Below, in pieces: positions 1 through 10,278 of a DNA stretch of 64,000 nucleotides. A model generated the notes under the pieces. That model was not told the DNA's origin. It worked only from the letters and a program-made list of their open reading frames with translations, and searched no databases. Each line of letters starts with the position of its first letter. The first letter of the stretch is position 1. The position numbers were made by a program, and so were the translations under genes. The stretch is from an uncultured Gemmatimonadales bacterium (GTDB taxonomy: Bacteria > Gemmatimonadota > Gemmatimonadetes > Gemmatimonadales > GWC2-71-9), in NCBI GenBank assembly GCA_963828735.1, contig CAWHFW010000006.1, forward strand, positions 64,001 through 128,000. The letters are read 5' to 3'.

Positions 1-3000
1 CGTGGCCACCAGGTCGTGAAAACGAACCGAGTCGCCGTCGAGTAACGCGCCCCCGCGCACGCTGCCGAATCGCACGCCGAGGCCGGGGAGGGTCATGCTG
101 CCGTTCTTGAGCTCCAGCGCTCCCGCGAGGCGCGGTCTGCCCCAGGTCCCCTCGACCTGCACGTCGGCCTTGAGCGTGCCGCCGACATGCGTGACCGCCG
201 GGGTAATCGCCTCGAGCAGACCGAGCGAGACGCTGTCGGCATGGGCTCGAACCGAGAGGGGACCTTCGATCTGCCGCTTCTCCGCGCCGCGCAACGCGAG
301 ATCCAGCGGCAGGTGGGCTTCCACCTGGAGCAGGTTCTCGCCGGTGCGCCACAGGTCCAGGTTCGCGTCGAGCCGGCGATCGGCGTAGTTGAGGGCCCCT
401 TGCACGAATGGCGACTGGAAGTCGCCGAACCGGCCATCGGCCATGCGCACCTGTCCGCGCAGCGTGGGCGCCGCCGCCGTGCCGCCGAGCTGGAGATCGA
501 CCTCGAGCTCACCGCCGACACCGAGGGTATCGCGCCCCAGCAGGCCGTAGAGGTCGTGCAGATCCAGGGCGAGGAGGTGAACGGTGAGGTCGCCGGACGC
601 CTTGTCCGGGATCCGGCCGGCGGCCTTGAGCACGCTCGAGCCGTCCACGGCGCGGAGGGTCGTGGGCGTAACCGCCGGGGCGGAATCGCTCAGCGTCACC
701 ACGATCGGCTCCTCCAGCCGGTATCGCCGCACCGCGAGGGTGGCCAGCAGCGTGTCCACGCCGAGGAGCTGGGCGCCTTCGCGCGCGTACCATCGGCCCG
801 CCCCGTCGAACCGGGAGGCGGCGCCCAGGGTCGTCCCGCCGCTCCACGCGAGCGAGTCGGTGAACCCGTCGACCGCGCCGCCGAGGGACGTCAGGATCCA
901 TTGCCCCACCCGCAGCGTGTCGGCGGCGGCGCGCGCCGTGATTCTCGGGCGCCGGCCGCCCAGCCAGTTGAAGCTGCCGGTCATCCTCGGCGATCGGACC
1001 CGCAACCACTCGACGCCGTAGGCCTCCGCGGTGCCCACGGCCTGGAGCGAGTCGAGGCTGCCGGCGAGGTCCACGCGCCCCACCGCCCGCCCGCCGAGCG
1101 GCCGCGACTCGGCGGACGTGTCCCGTGCCTGGCCGGTGACCGCGAGCAGCAGAGAATCGAAGCCGATCAGGCTGTCGGCCGCGAGGTCGAAGCGCATGCG
1201 GCCGTCGTGCGGCGCCGCCCAGCCCAGCGTGCCGGATCCGGAGGCGCGCGCGCCCTGCCATTCGGCGTACGCGGTGTCCACGCGGATCACGCTGTCGTGA
1301 ACGGAGGCCCGGCCGTACAGGCTGTCGATGGTCCACTCGCGCACGCGACTCCGTCCGAGCGCGAGCTCGAGGTCCCCCTCGGGCGCCCGCAGCGTGTCGA
1401 TGCTTCCCGTGGCGTGGAGCCGTCCGGCCAGCGCCGTGGTGAGCTTCCCGCCCGACAGCCGGGCAAGGTCGAGGCGGGTGAAGGCGAGCTGCAGGTCCTC
1501 GGCGCCCCAGTGCGGCGGAAGCAGCGTGACGTATCCCCGCGCGGTCACGTCGCCGAGATCGCCCCGGAGATCCGCGTCGACCGAGAGCCGGCTGAGCTTG
1601 CCCTCGCCCCGGAAGGGCCCGCGCAGGTCGCCCGTGGCCTTGAGCGTTGGGAACGCGCGGCGAATGCCCTCGAACGAGAGCGGCTCGAAGGTGACGTCCG
1701 TCGAGAGCGACAGCGAGTCGAACCGGGTATCGAGATAGAGGGTCCCCGTCGCCGTGCTGGACGGGCGGTCGCCGTCGCGCTGGGTCGCGGTGCCGCGAAA
1801 GGTCACGTTGTGCAGCGGACCGTCCAGCGTGCCGGCGGCGGCGAGGCGGCCCTCGAGGATCACCGCGGGCGCCAGCCGGCGGACCGAATGGAGGTCCACG
1901 TCGGAGCGCCGCACCACGAAGTTGGTGAACGTGAGGCCGCTGTCGCGCGTCGACCCGGCGATCCCTTCACCCGCGATCCTGGACACCGGCTGCCCCGGCA
2001 CCTTCGCGTCGGCGAAGATCCAGTCGATCGTGATGTCCATCGCATCGAGAAAGCCCGCGCCCGCGATGGTCCCGCTCAGGGTGCCGAAGAATGGCAACGA
2101 ATCGACGTACGCCCGCGCCGCGTCGAGATTCAGATTCTTGAGGGTGACGCGCATGTCGCGGAATCCGAGGCCGCGCTTCCGGTCGGTGATGGCGACGAGG
2201 TCGCCGTCGATCCGCTGGTCGCCGTTCTGGAGATGCAGCTCGCGGATGTCGTAGGCGGTCCGCGCGCCGGTTTCCGACTTGGCGGCGAGCACGCCGCTCC
2301 CGGTCATCGCCGGGAAGTCGGGCGAGACCCAGTGCAGATCGTCCAGGTTCACCTGGGGCGAGGTGACCTGGAAATCGAACAGCGTGGTGTCGTGCGGCCA
2401 GGTGACGGCGCCGCCGCCCGAGAAGCGCGTGTCCGGCAGCGCGCCGCGCGACAGGCCGAAGATCAGGCTGTCGGCGTGCAGCCGCACCCGGCCCACCGCG
2501 TCGGTCAGGGTCACGGCCGGATCGCTCACCCGGGTCGCCAGCGAGTCGATGTCGGCGGTGAACGGCTTGCGGTCGGGCGTGGTGATTCGAAGCCGGGCGA
2601 AGCGCGCATTGAGGTCCGACAGCAGGATCACCCGCCGAAGGCCGTCGTAACCCTCCTCGATGACGCGCCCCGGCTTGGCGCGCTCCGCCGCCAGGGCCGA
2701 GTCGCGCTGGACGTCGGTCCGGAGCGACCGATCGGGATTCCACGGCAACGCGATGCGCAGCGTGCCCCCGGTCACCCGCACCTTGTAGAAATCGATCAGG
2801 GGAGACGCGCCGCCGCCCGGCCCCTTCTTGAGGCCGAGCACTTCCTCGAAGTTCATCCGGCCGTTGCGCAGCTTGATGAGCTGGAGCGTCGGGTGATCGA
2901 GCGTCACGCTGCTCAGCAGGATCTGCTTCGCGAGGAGGTTGGGCAGTCGGTAGGTCACCCGCACGCGCGGAAGATCGGCGAGCAGCGCGCCCGTGGTGTC

Positions 3001-3222
3001 GCGCACGACCAGGTCCTGGAGCGTCAGGTCGTAGAGGAACGAGCCCGAGATCGCCCCCACCTTCACCTGCCCGATCACCACGCGGTCGAGCGCGTTGGAG
3101 ACGGTCCGCGCGAGCAGTCTTCGTCCCGGCGGCGTGAGCGTCATCGACGACACCACGCCCAGCACCATCGCGAGGGTGCCGAGGAGGAAGACGAAGAAGA
3201 AGCGCGCGAGTCGCCGGCGCAT
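1..3222 (-). CDS. tamB: Translocation/assembly module TamB-like protein (partial, runs off window start)
   Basis: Not in the ORF track, consistent with having no stop inside the window. ATG at 3222 overlaps the TGA of the BamA/TamA gene (ATGA). Reads MRRRLARFFFVFLLGTLAMVLGVVSSMTLTPPGRRLLARTVSNALDRVVIGQVKVGAISGSFLYDLTLQDLVVRD: N-terminal anchor then beta-rich AsmA/TamB-like sequence. Confidence 0.8.
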   Translation of the reverse strand, partial: MRRRLARFFFVFLLGTLAMVLGVVSSMTLTPPGRRLLARTVSNALDRVVIGQVKVGAISGSFLYDLTLQDLVVRDTTGALLADLPRVRVTYRLPNLLAKQILLSSVTLDHPTLQLIKLRNGRMNFEEVLGLKKGPGGGASPLIDFYKVRVTGGTLRIALPWNPDRSLRTDVQRDSALAAERAKPGRVIEEGYDGLRRVILLSDLNARFARLRITTPDRKPFTADIDSLATRVSDPAVTLTDAVGRVRLHADSLIFGLSRGALPDTRFSGGGAVTWPHDTTLFDFQVTSPQVNLDDLHWVSPDFPAMTGSGVLAAKSETGARTAYDIRELHLQNGDQRIDGDLVAITDRKRGLGFRDMRVTLKNLNLDAARAYVDSLPFFGTLSGTIAGAGFLDAMDITIDWIFADAKVPGQPVSRIAGEGIAGSTRDSGLTFTNFVVRRSDVDLHSVRRLAPAVILEGRLAAAGTLDGPLHNVTFRGTATQRDGDRPSSTATGTLYLDTRFDSLSLSTDVTFEPLSFEGIRRAFPTLKATGDLRGPFRGEGKLSRLSVDADLRGDLGDVTARGYVTLLPPHWGAEDLQLAFTRLDLARLSGGKLTTALAGRLHATGSIDTLRAPEGDLELALGRSRVREWTIDSLYGRASVHDSVIRVDTAYAEWQGARASGSGTLGWAAPHDGRMRFDLAADSLIGFDSLLLAVTGQARDTSAESRPLGGRAVGRVDLAGSLDSLQAVGTAEAYGVEWLRVRSPRMTGSFNWLGGRRPRITARAAADTLRVGQWILTSLGGAVDGFTDSLAWSGGTTLGAASRFDGAGRWYAREGAQLLGVDTLLATLAVRRYRLEEPIVVTLSDSAPAVTPTTLRAVDGSSVLKAAGRIPDKASGDLTVHLLALDLHDLYGLLGRDTLGVGGELEVDLQLGGTAAAPTLRGQVRMADGRFGDFQSPFVQGALNYADRRLDANLDLWRTGENLLQVEAHLPLDLALRGAEKRQIEGPLSVRAHADSVSLGLLEAITPAVTHVGGTLKADVQVEGTWGRPRLAGALELKNGSMTLPGLGVRFGSVRGGALLDGDSVRFHDLVAT

Positions 3223-5333
3223 CAGAACGGCTGGCCGACGGCGAAGTGGAGGGTGAACCTGCTGCTGCGGTCCTTGACGTACGAATCCTGGATGGGCGTG
3301 AGATTGCCCAGGGTGTCCACTTGAAAGAGCGTGCCCGACTGCAGGCGATAGGGGTTGTACGCCACGTCCAGTCGCGCGGGACCGAGCGGGGTGGTGAGCC
3401 GAATGCCGGCGCCGGGCGTCACGCGGATCGCGGCGGCGTTCCCGCTGCCGCGATCCCAGACGCCGCCCGCGTCGACGAACGCCGCCAGCCGGAGGCGGGA
3501 GCTGAACACGGGCGAAGGCACGCGGAGCTCCATGTTGCCGACCACGAGGGTGTTGCCGCCGGTGGCATTGACCGTGACGCGATTGGGGTCGATCTCCCGC
3601 CCGGCGGCCGCGGCGCTGTCCACCTCCCCTTGCGAGACCACGTAGACGACCGCGCCGAGCTCGTTCCGCTCGAAGCCGCGGACATCGTTCGGGCCGCCGG
3701 CGTAGAATCGCTGATCCGGCGGAATGAAGTTGCCGCTCTGGGTGGCGACGTCCACCGTCGGCGCGAAGATCGCCCCGCCGCGCACCCGCCAGCTGAAGAC
3801 CACGTCCCGCGCGATCGGCCGATACCAGGAATAGTCCGCGGACACCCGGAAGAACTGCTGGAACGAGCTCGAGCCGAGCAGCTGGGAGCTCCAGGTCACC
3901 TCGGCTGACGTGATCGAGCCGCGCGACGGATCGAGCGGGCTGTTGATCCGCGGGACGGTGGCCGTGGCGCCGAGCGTCGCCAGCACCGCGTTCTGGCTCA
4001 GCAACGAGACCAGGTCGGGAGTGCAGGCGTTGAAGGAGGCGCAGAAGCTCTCGGGCGTGGCCTCGGTGTGCCCGTAGGACAGCGTGTACCCCAGCGAGAT
4101 CGGGATGCGTTGCTTCGGCGTCTCGCGCCGCAGCGTGAGCGACGTGCCCGTCTCCTCGCGGAGATAGACCTTGAATTCCGAGCGACGCTCGGTGAACAAG
4201 GACACCGAGATGGTGTTGTTGGGCGAGAGAAACGCGGGCCGCCGGACGGACGCGCTCAGGGTAAAGTTCACCTTGGCCGAGCCGACCGAGTCCTCCCGGG
4301 AGTTGCCACAGATGCTGCGATCGAGCCCCCAGTCGAAGGGCGTTCCCACGCCGACCTTGGAGATCCGGCCGGTGAGGTCGAGGATGCGGCCACCGCTCCC
4401 CAGGAAATTGCGCGTGGTCCAGCCGGCGGAGCCCCGGAAGCAGTCATCCGTGGCGTAGCCTAGGCCGCCGCGCACGCGACGGCGCCTGGCTTCGCTCACC
4501 TGCACCGCGAGCGGCACCGAGTCGGCCGCCGGGTCGAACCCCGCGCTGTCGATGTTGACGGTGGCGTAGCGGAACAGGTCGGAGGAGTAGAGGTTGCGCT
4601 GGCTCTGGTACAGCTCGTCCTGCGAGTACGTGCGCCCCGGCCGCGAGATGAGCAGGTTGCGAACGACCAGCGGCTCGATCCGGTTGACACCGATCACGTT
4701 GACCGTGCCGATGGCCATGCCCTTCCCCGGCACGACGTCGTAGGTGAGGGTCGCCGTCTCGGCGTCCCTATTGGTCTCGAAGCTGGTGAACACCCGCGCC
4801 GCCGGCCGGCCGCGGTCCTTGAGCCGGCGGGTGATGGTGTCGGCCGTGGCCTGCATGATGAAGCGGTTGAACGGGTCGCCCGCCTGGATCGGGAGGTCCA
4901 CGAGCGTCTCCCGCCGGAGCTTCTCCGGGAGCGTGTCGAGGCCGGTGACGGTCAGGCTCGTCACCCGGATCGGCTCGCCCTCGCGGATCTTCAGCGTGAT
5001 GTAGACGTTGGTGGGCTCCCGCCTAACGACGGTGTCCATCTCGGCGTGCGGGTACCCGCTCCGGCGGTAGAGCACCTGCAGGCGAACCACGTCGCGCTTG
5101 AACTCCTGCTCGTCGAAATAGCGCTTCTCGCCAAGCCCGAGCCAGCGAAAGGGGATGACGCGCGCGAACCAGCTCGAGTTGGTCGTGGCGATGGCGCTCG
5201 CCAGGACTTCGCTGCTGAGCGCGCTGTTGCCGTCGAAGCGAAGCTGACGGACGACCCGAGGGGTCTCCTGCGCACCGAGGGGGACGGCGGCCGCGAGGAG
5301 CAATGCAAGTGCGACCGCGGCCACGCCCCTCAC
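3222..5333 (-). CDS. BamA/TamA family outer membrane protein (POTRA + Omp85 barrel)
   Basis: POTRA-like segments, FYAGGPNDVRGF motif, TPLGPARLDVAY, C-terminal FAVGQPF; signal peptide after probable GTG start at 5333. Confidence 0.9.
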   Translation of the reverse strand: MRGVAAVALALLLAAAVPLGAQETPRVVRQLRFDGNSALSSEVLASAIATTNSSWFARVIPFRWLGLGEKRYFDEQEFKRDVVRLQVLYRRSGYPHAEMDTVVRREPTNVYITLKIREGEPIRVTSLTVTGLDTLPEKLRRETLVDLPIQAGDPFNRFIMQATADTITRRLKDRGRPAARVFTSFETNRDAETATLTYDVVPGKGMAIGTVNVIGVNRIEPLVVRNLLISRPGRTYSQDELYQSQRNLYSSDLFRYATVNIDSAGFDPAADSVPLAVQVSEARRRRVRGGLGYATDDCFRGSAGWTTRNFLGSGGRILDLTGRISKVGVGTPFDWGLDRSICGNSREDSVGSAKVNFTLSASVRRPAFLSPNNTISVSLFTERRSEFKVYLREETGTSLTLRRETPKQRIPISLGYTLSYGHTEATPESFCASFNACTPDLVSLLSQNAVLATLGATATVPRINSPLDPSRGSITSAEVTWSSQLLGSSSFQQFFRVSADYSWYRPIARDVVFSWRVRGGAIFAPTVDVATQSGNFIPPDQRFYAGGPNDVRGFERNELGAVVYVVSQGEVDSAAAAGREIDPNRVTVNATGGNTLVVGNMELRVPSPVFSSRLRLAAFVDAGGVWDRGSGNAAAIRVTPGAGIRLTTPLGPARLDVAYNPYRLQSGTLFQVDTLGNLTPIQDSYVKDRSSRFTLHFAVGQPF

Positions 5334-5495
5334 TGAGGCTCCTTGGCCGGGCGACGAGGGACGCGTGGAAGCGGCGCGATTGACGACATGCTCTAAGCCC
5401 GGTAGTTTGACCACCTTACGCCTTCATGTCAACGTGCGAAGGGGCTTGGTCCCCTTCGGACATGCCGATAGTCCTCCGGGGCTCCGCCCCTCGCG

Positions 5496-7079
5496 GTGCG
5501 GCTCCCCCGTCTGCATACGGGCCCTGTCATTCACCTCATCCGCCGACCGCTGCTCTCGGGCCTGCTCGTCCTGGCCACCGCCTGCGCGGTGGGGGACTCT
5601 GGCCACCCGAACGGGCTCGTCTATTACCTGAGCGCCGACCCCGCCTCGCTCGACCCCGCCGTGTCGAGCGACGTGCAGAGCGGCGAGATGGTGGCGCTGC
5701 TGTTCGACAACCTGGTCCAGTTCGACCCGGACGCGCGGCTCCAGCCGGGACTTGCCACGCGGTGGGAGTCCGACGCGTCGGGCATCCGGTACACCTTTCA
5801 CCTTCGCTCCGGCGCGACCTTCCACGACGGCCGCGCGATCGACGCCCGCTCCGTACGGGCCTCGCTCGTGCGCGCGCTCGCGCCCGGCTCGAGGGCCGCC
5901 CGCCAGTGGCCGCTCTTTCCCATCGAGGGCGCGCGCGACTACGCCGCCGGGAAGGCGAAAAACGTGAGGGGCATCGCCGTGCCGGACGACAGCACCATCG
6001 TGTTCACGCTGAGCGAGCCGCTCAACATCTTTCCCAAGTTCCTGGCGATGCCCGTGGCGGCCATCGTGCCCGCGCCGACGCCGGCCGGGTTCGATCAGGC
6101 GCCGGTGGGCAGCGGCCCCTGGCGGTTCGTCTCGTGGTCGCACGATGACGCGATGGTCTTCGCGCGGAATCCCACGTACTGGGCCGGGCCGCCCAAGGAG
6201 GACACGCTCACGGTGCGCATCATTCCGGAGGCGCTCACGGAGGCCGCCGAATACGAGACCGGCAACCTCGACGTGGTCGAGATTCCGTTCAGCGAGACCC
6301 GGCGCTGGGAGATGGCCCATCCGGACGAGCTCCAGCGCCGCCCGACGATCCGCGACTTCTACATCGCGATCAACACGACCCGGGGACCGCTCAAGGATGT
6401 GCGCGTGCGGCGCGCGCTCAACCTGGCCACCGACGTCGGCACGCTGCTCCGCACGGTCATGGCCGACCGCGGCGTGCGTGCGGCCGGCGCGATCCCGCCA
6501 GGCATCCTCGGCTTCGATTCGACGCGAGCGCCGTATCCGTGGGACACGGCGGGCGCGCGACGGCTCCTCGCCGAGGCGGGCTACGCCAAGGGGTTCAGGC
6601 TCCAGCTCTGGCGGAGCAAGCGCTCGGAGCTCGCGCGCATCGCGCAGTCGGTGCAGCAGGATCTGGCCCTCGTCGGCATTCAGGTGGAGATCGTGGAGCG
6701 CGACGCGCCGAGCGTGCGCGCGACGGTCCGCAACGGCGGCGCCGACCTCTACCTCGGCGACTGGTATGCCGACTATCCCGACCCCGAGAACTTCTCGTTC
6801 CCGCTGTTCCACTCGAGCAACAAGGGCACGGGGGGCAACTACGCCTTCCTGAGCGACACGGCGCTCGATGCGATGATCATCCGCTCCCGGACCACGTCCG
6901 ATACCCTGGAGAAGGCGCGGCTGGCGCGGGAGATCGACGCGCGCGTCTTCGACCTCGCGCCGTGGATCTTCCTCTGGTTTCCCATCGACGTCTGGGCCAT
7001 GCAGCGCGACGTGAAGGGCTGGCGCATCCCGGCCGTCTTCACCGGCCAGCGGTGGATGCAGGCGGAGCGGATCAAGTGA
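5496..7079 (+). CDS. Peptide ABC transporter substrate-binding lipoprotein (family 5)
   Basis: LATAC lipobox, LDPA, LFDNLV, PGLATRWE, YTFHLRSGATFHDG, PVGSGPW, VRRALNLA. Start uncertain. Confidence 0.92.
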   Translation: MRLPRLHTGPVIHLIRRPLLSGLLVLATACAVGDSGHPNGLVYYLSADPASLDPAVSSDVQSGEMVALLFDNLVQFDPDARLQPGLATRWESDASGIRYTFHLRSGATFHDGRAIDARSVRASLVRALAPGSRAARQWPLFPIEGARDYAAGKAKNVRGIAVPDDSTIVFTLSEPLNIFPKFLAMPVAAIVPAPTPAGFDQAPVGSGPWRFVSWSHDDAMVFARNPTYWAGPPKEDTLTVRIIPEALTEAAEYETGNLDVVEIPFSETRRWEMAHPDELQRRPTIRDFYIAINTTRGPLKDVRVRRALNLATDVGTLLRTVMADRGVRAAGAIPPGILGFDSTRAPYPWDTAGARRLLAEAGYAKGFRLQLWRSKRSELARIAQSVQQDLALVGIQVEIVERDAPSVRATVRNGGADLYLGDWYADYPDPENFSFPLFHSSNKGTGGNYAFLSDTALDAMIIRSRTTSDTLEKARLAREIDARVFDLAPWIFLWFPIDVWAMQRDVKGWRIPAVFTGQRWMQAERIK

Positions 7080-7996
7080 CGCGCTTCCTGCTCTCCCGGC
7101 TCGCGCTGCTGGTCCCGACCCTGCTCGGCGTGCTGGCCGTGACGTTCCTTCTTCTCTACGTCGCACCGGGCGATCCGGTGCAGGCCATGGTGGGAGAGCG
7201 GGCCGACCCCGAGACGATCGCGCGGCTCCGGGCGGAGCTTCATCTCGACGACCCGCTGCCGCTCCAGTTCGTGCGCTACGTCGGCGGTGTCGCTCGCGGG
7301 GATCTCGGCACCAGCTACATCACCCGCCGGCCGATTCTCGGAGACCTGCTCCAGCGCTTCCCCGCGACCCTGCAGCTCGCCGGCGCGGCCATGCTGTTCG
7401 CCGCCGTAACGGGCATCGCCATCGGCGTCTACAGCGCGTGGCGTCCGGGGAGCTGGGCCGACCGCCTCAGTGCGCTGGGCGCGTACCTGGGCGTCTCGTT
7501 TCCGGTCTACTGGGTCGGACTGCTGCTGATCATGGTGTTCGCGGTGACGCTCCGCTGGCTGCCGCCGTCCGGGGCGCGCGGCCCCGTCTATCTCATCCTG
7601 CCCGCGCTCACGCTCGGGATGCGCTCGGTGGCCTTTCTCTCGCGCATGACCCGCGCGGCAATGCAGGAGGTCCTCCGGAGCGACTTCGTCCGCACGGCCC
7701 GGGCCAAGGGACTGGGCGAGGGACGCGTGGTCCTGCGCCACGCGTTCCGGAATGCGCTCCTGCCCGTCCTGACGGTGCTGGGGCTCGACTTCGGCAGCTA
7801 CCTCACGGGATCCATCCTGACCGAGACGATCTTCTCCTGGCCGGGCGTGGGGCGGTATGTCCTCACAGCCATCGACAAGCGTGACCTCCCCGCGGTACAG
7901 GGGAGCATTCTCTTCCTGAGTCTGGTGTTCGTGCTGGTGAACCTGCTGACGGACGTGCTCTATGCGCGGGTGGACCCCCGGGTGTCCTATGACTGA
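7076..7996 (+). CDS. Peptide ABC transporter permease (DppB/OppB family)
   Basis: GTG start overlapping upstream TGA; PGDPV, GDLGTS, FVRTARAKGL, HAFRNALLPV, ETIFSWPGVG. Confidence 0.93.
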   Translation: MTRFLLSRLALLVPTLLGVLAVTFLLLYVAPGDPVQAMVGERADPETIARLRAELHLDDPLPLQFVRYVGGVARGDLGTSYITRRPILGDLLQRFPATLQLAGAAMLFAAVTGIAIGVYSAWRPGSWADRLSALGAYLGVSFPVYWVGLLLIMVFAVTLRWLPPSGARGPVYLILPALTLGMRSVAFLSRMTRAAMQEVLRSDFVRTARAKGLGEGRVVLRHAFRNALLPVLTVLGLDFGSYLTGSILTETIFSWPGVGRYVLTAIDKRDLPAVQGSILFLSLVFVLVNLLTDVLYARVDPRVSYD

Positions 7997-9576
7997 AGGG
8001 ACCGCGATGACGGTGCGCAGCGAGAGGAGGGCCGGTGTGGGAGTCACCCACGGCGGAGCGACGGCCCCAGGGCGGCGCCTCTCCGTCCTGAAGGCGGGCG
8101 TGGCCGTCGCTCTCCTGCAGCTCTTCCCCATCCTCACCGCGCTCTCCGCCCAGTCCCTCACTCACCGGCTCGACCGCCGCCTCGACGCGCCACCGATGGA
8201 CCGGAGCCTCTGGGGCGTGGCGGTCGTGGACGAGAAGGGGTCCGTGCGGTACGGACGGAACCAGCGTCAGCTGTTCATCCCCGCAAGCAACACCAAGATC
8301 GTGGTGGCGGCGGTGGCCTCGGCGTTGCTGCCGCCGGACTGGACCGTGAAGACGAGCCTCTACGCGGACGGGCCGGTGGCCAACGGTGTGGTGCAGGGCG
8401 ACCTGGTGCTCTACGGCCGGGGCGATCCCACCTTCGGCAAGCGCTGCTTCTCGACCGACACGATGCGTGAAGGCGCATGCGAGACCGACTCGTTCACGCG
8501 CCTTCGCCAGCTGGTCGAAGGACTGCGCGCGCGCGGCATCCACGAGGTCCACGGCGACCTCGTCGGCGACGGCAGCTACTTCGAGCCGACCACCGTACAC
8601 CCGGGCTGGGAGGCGTTCGATCTCAACTGGTGGTACGCCGCGCCCGTCTCGGCGCTGGGCTTCAACGACAACAGCGTCGACTTCGACTGGGGGCCCGGCA
8701 CGGCTCCCGGCGCGCCGGCGCTGATCACGATGTCGCCGGACGTGGGTGACTTGACCTTCGAGAACCGCACGGTGACGGTGGCCCGCGGGCGGCGAGTCGG
8801 ACATCGGCGACCGCTTCTACCGCGAGCCCGGCACGCTGCACGTCTGGGCGGAAGGCACGGTGGCGCTCGATCAGCCGACGCGGACCGAATCGTTCGCGAT
8901 GCCGGACCCCAACCTCTATACCGCTCGGGCGTTGCGGCAGGTTCTGGCCGAGGCGGGCATCGCCATCACCGGCACCACCCGCTCGACTACCGACTCGATG
9001 CAATATCGGCAAGCCCGGAGCGCACCAGCGCTCGCCGAGATCAGCTCGCGTCCATTCCGCGAATGGGTGTTCCCGATCCTCAACCGGAGTCAGAACTGGT
9101 TCGCCGAGATGGTGCTCAAGCAGCTCGGACGCCAGTTGGGCCGCGCGGGCTCGTGGGACGAGGGATTGGCGGTGGAGCGTCGCTTCCTGATCGATTCGGT
9201 CCGGGTGGACTCGACCGAGTTCAGGCTGCAGGACGGCTCGGGCCTCTCGAGCGGGAACCTGGTGAGTCCGCTCGCCTTTACGAAGATCCTGCGCTTCATA
9301 CGGTCGCACCCGCGCGCGCCCACCTTTCTCGCCGGGCTGCCGCAGTCGGGCGGCGTGGGCTCGCTTCGAAGCCGCTTCGTCGGGACGCCACTCGAGGGGC
9401 GGGTACGCGCGAAGGACGGAAGCATCGGCGGAGTGAACTCCCTTTCAGGGTTCATCGAGCGGGCCGACGGCCGCGTGTGGACATTCTCGGTGCAGGCGAA
9501 CCACCACACGCAGTCCGGGCGTACCGCGATCATGGCGATCGACAGCATCGTGGTGGAGATGGGTCGGGGGAAGTAG
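7989..9576 (+). CDS. dacB: D-Ala-D-Ala carboxypeptidase/endopeptidase (peptidase S13), frameshifted near 8785
   Basis: PASNTK (SxxK), GRGDPT, SQNWFAE (SxN), DGSGLS; the two halves lie in ORFs 7962.. and 8860..9576 and join after one indel. Confidence 0.88.
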
Positions 9577-9746
9577 CGCGATTCCGGCGGCGGTCGTCTA
9601 CCGCACGGAAGGGATGGCGCGCTCGCCTCGTAGGGCCTTGCGCGTCGGTCGGCCGGGTCCTTACATGGGTCGAGTCAGGACAGCGTCAGCACCCGCCGAC
9701 TCGTGCGGCGCGCTCGACCCTCACGCCTCCGATGGAGGACCAACCC

Positions 9747-10235
9747 ATGCTCCTGCTTCTCGTGCGTCACGCACACGCCGGCGACCGCGATCCCGACCGT
9801 TGGCCCGACGACCGCGAACGCCCGCTGACCGACAAGGGCCGGAAGACCCAGCGCCGCGTGAGCCGGAGTCTGGGCCAGCTCGAGCTCGCGCCCACCGCCG
9901 TGCTCACGAGCCCGTGGACCCGCGCGGCGCAAACGGCCGAGATCATCGTCAGCGAGCTCGGCCTGCCTCAGCCGCCGGTGCCCGCCGAAGCGCTGGCCAC
10001 CACACCGGACCTCTCCCGCCTGGCCGACGACATCGGCGAACCCGGCAACAACGCGATCGTGGCGCTGGTCGGGCATTCGCCGTGGATCGAGGAGCTGGCG
10101 GCTCTCCTGTTGACCGGTGAGACGGCGGGCCTCCGGATCGACTATCCGAAGAGCGGCGTGATGGCGATCGACCTGGAGCGGCCGGCCGCGGCCGCGGGCG
10201 AGCTCCGGTTCTTTCTGAGGCCGAAGATGGCCTGA
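9747..10235 (+). CDS. sixA: Phosphohistidine phosphatase SixA
   Basis: GGAGG RBS; LLLVRHAHA, RPLTDKG, TSPWTRAAQTA, LVGHSP. Confidence 0.9.
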   Translation: MLLLLVRHAHAGDRDPDRWPDDRERPLTDKGRKTQRRVSRSLGQLELAPTAVLTSPWTRAAQTAEIIVSELGLPQPPVPAEALATTPDLSRLADDIGEPGNNAIVALVGHSPWIEELAALLLTGETAGLRIDYPKSGVMAIDLERPAAAAGELRFFLRPKMA

Positions 10236-10278
10236 GGGAGGGCGGGCGGCCCGGGAGGATCGTGAGAACGAGGCCGCC

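Noticed and set aside
187..3324. 1045-aa plus-strand ORF
   Set aside because: Antisense shadow of the tamB-like gene; Arg/Ala/Gly-rich with no motifs.
7962..10235. Apparent DacB-SixA fusion (757 aa)
   Set aside because: Artefact of the dacB frameshift; sixA has its own RBS and ATG at 9747.
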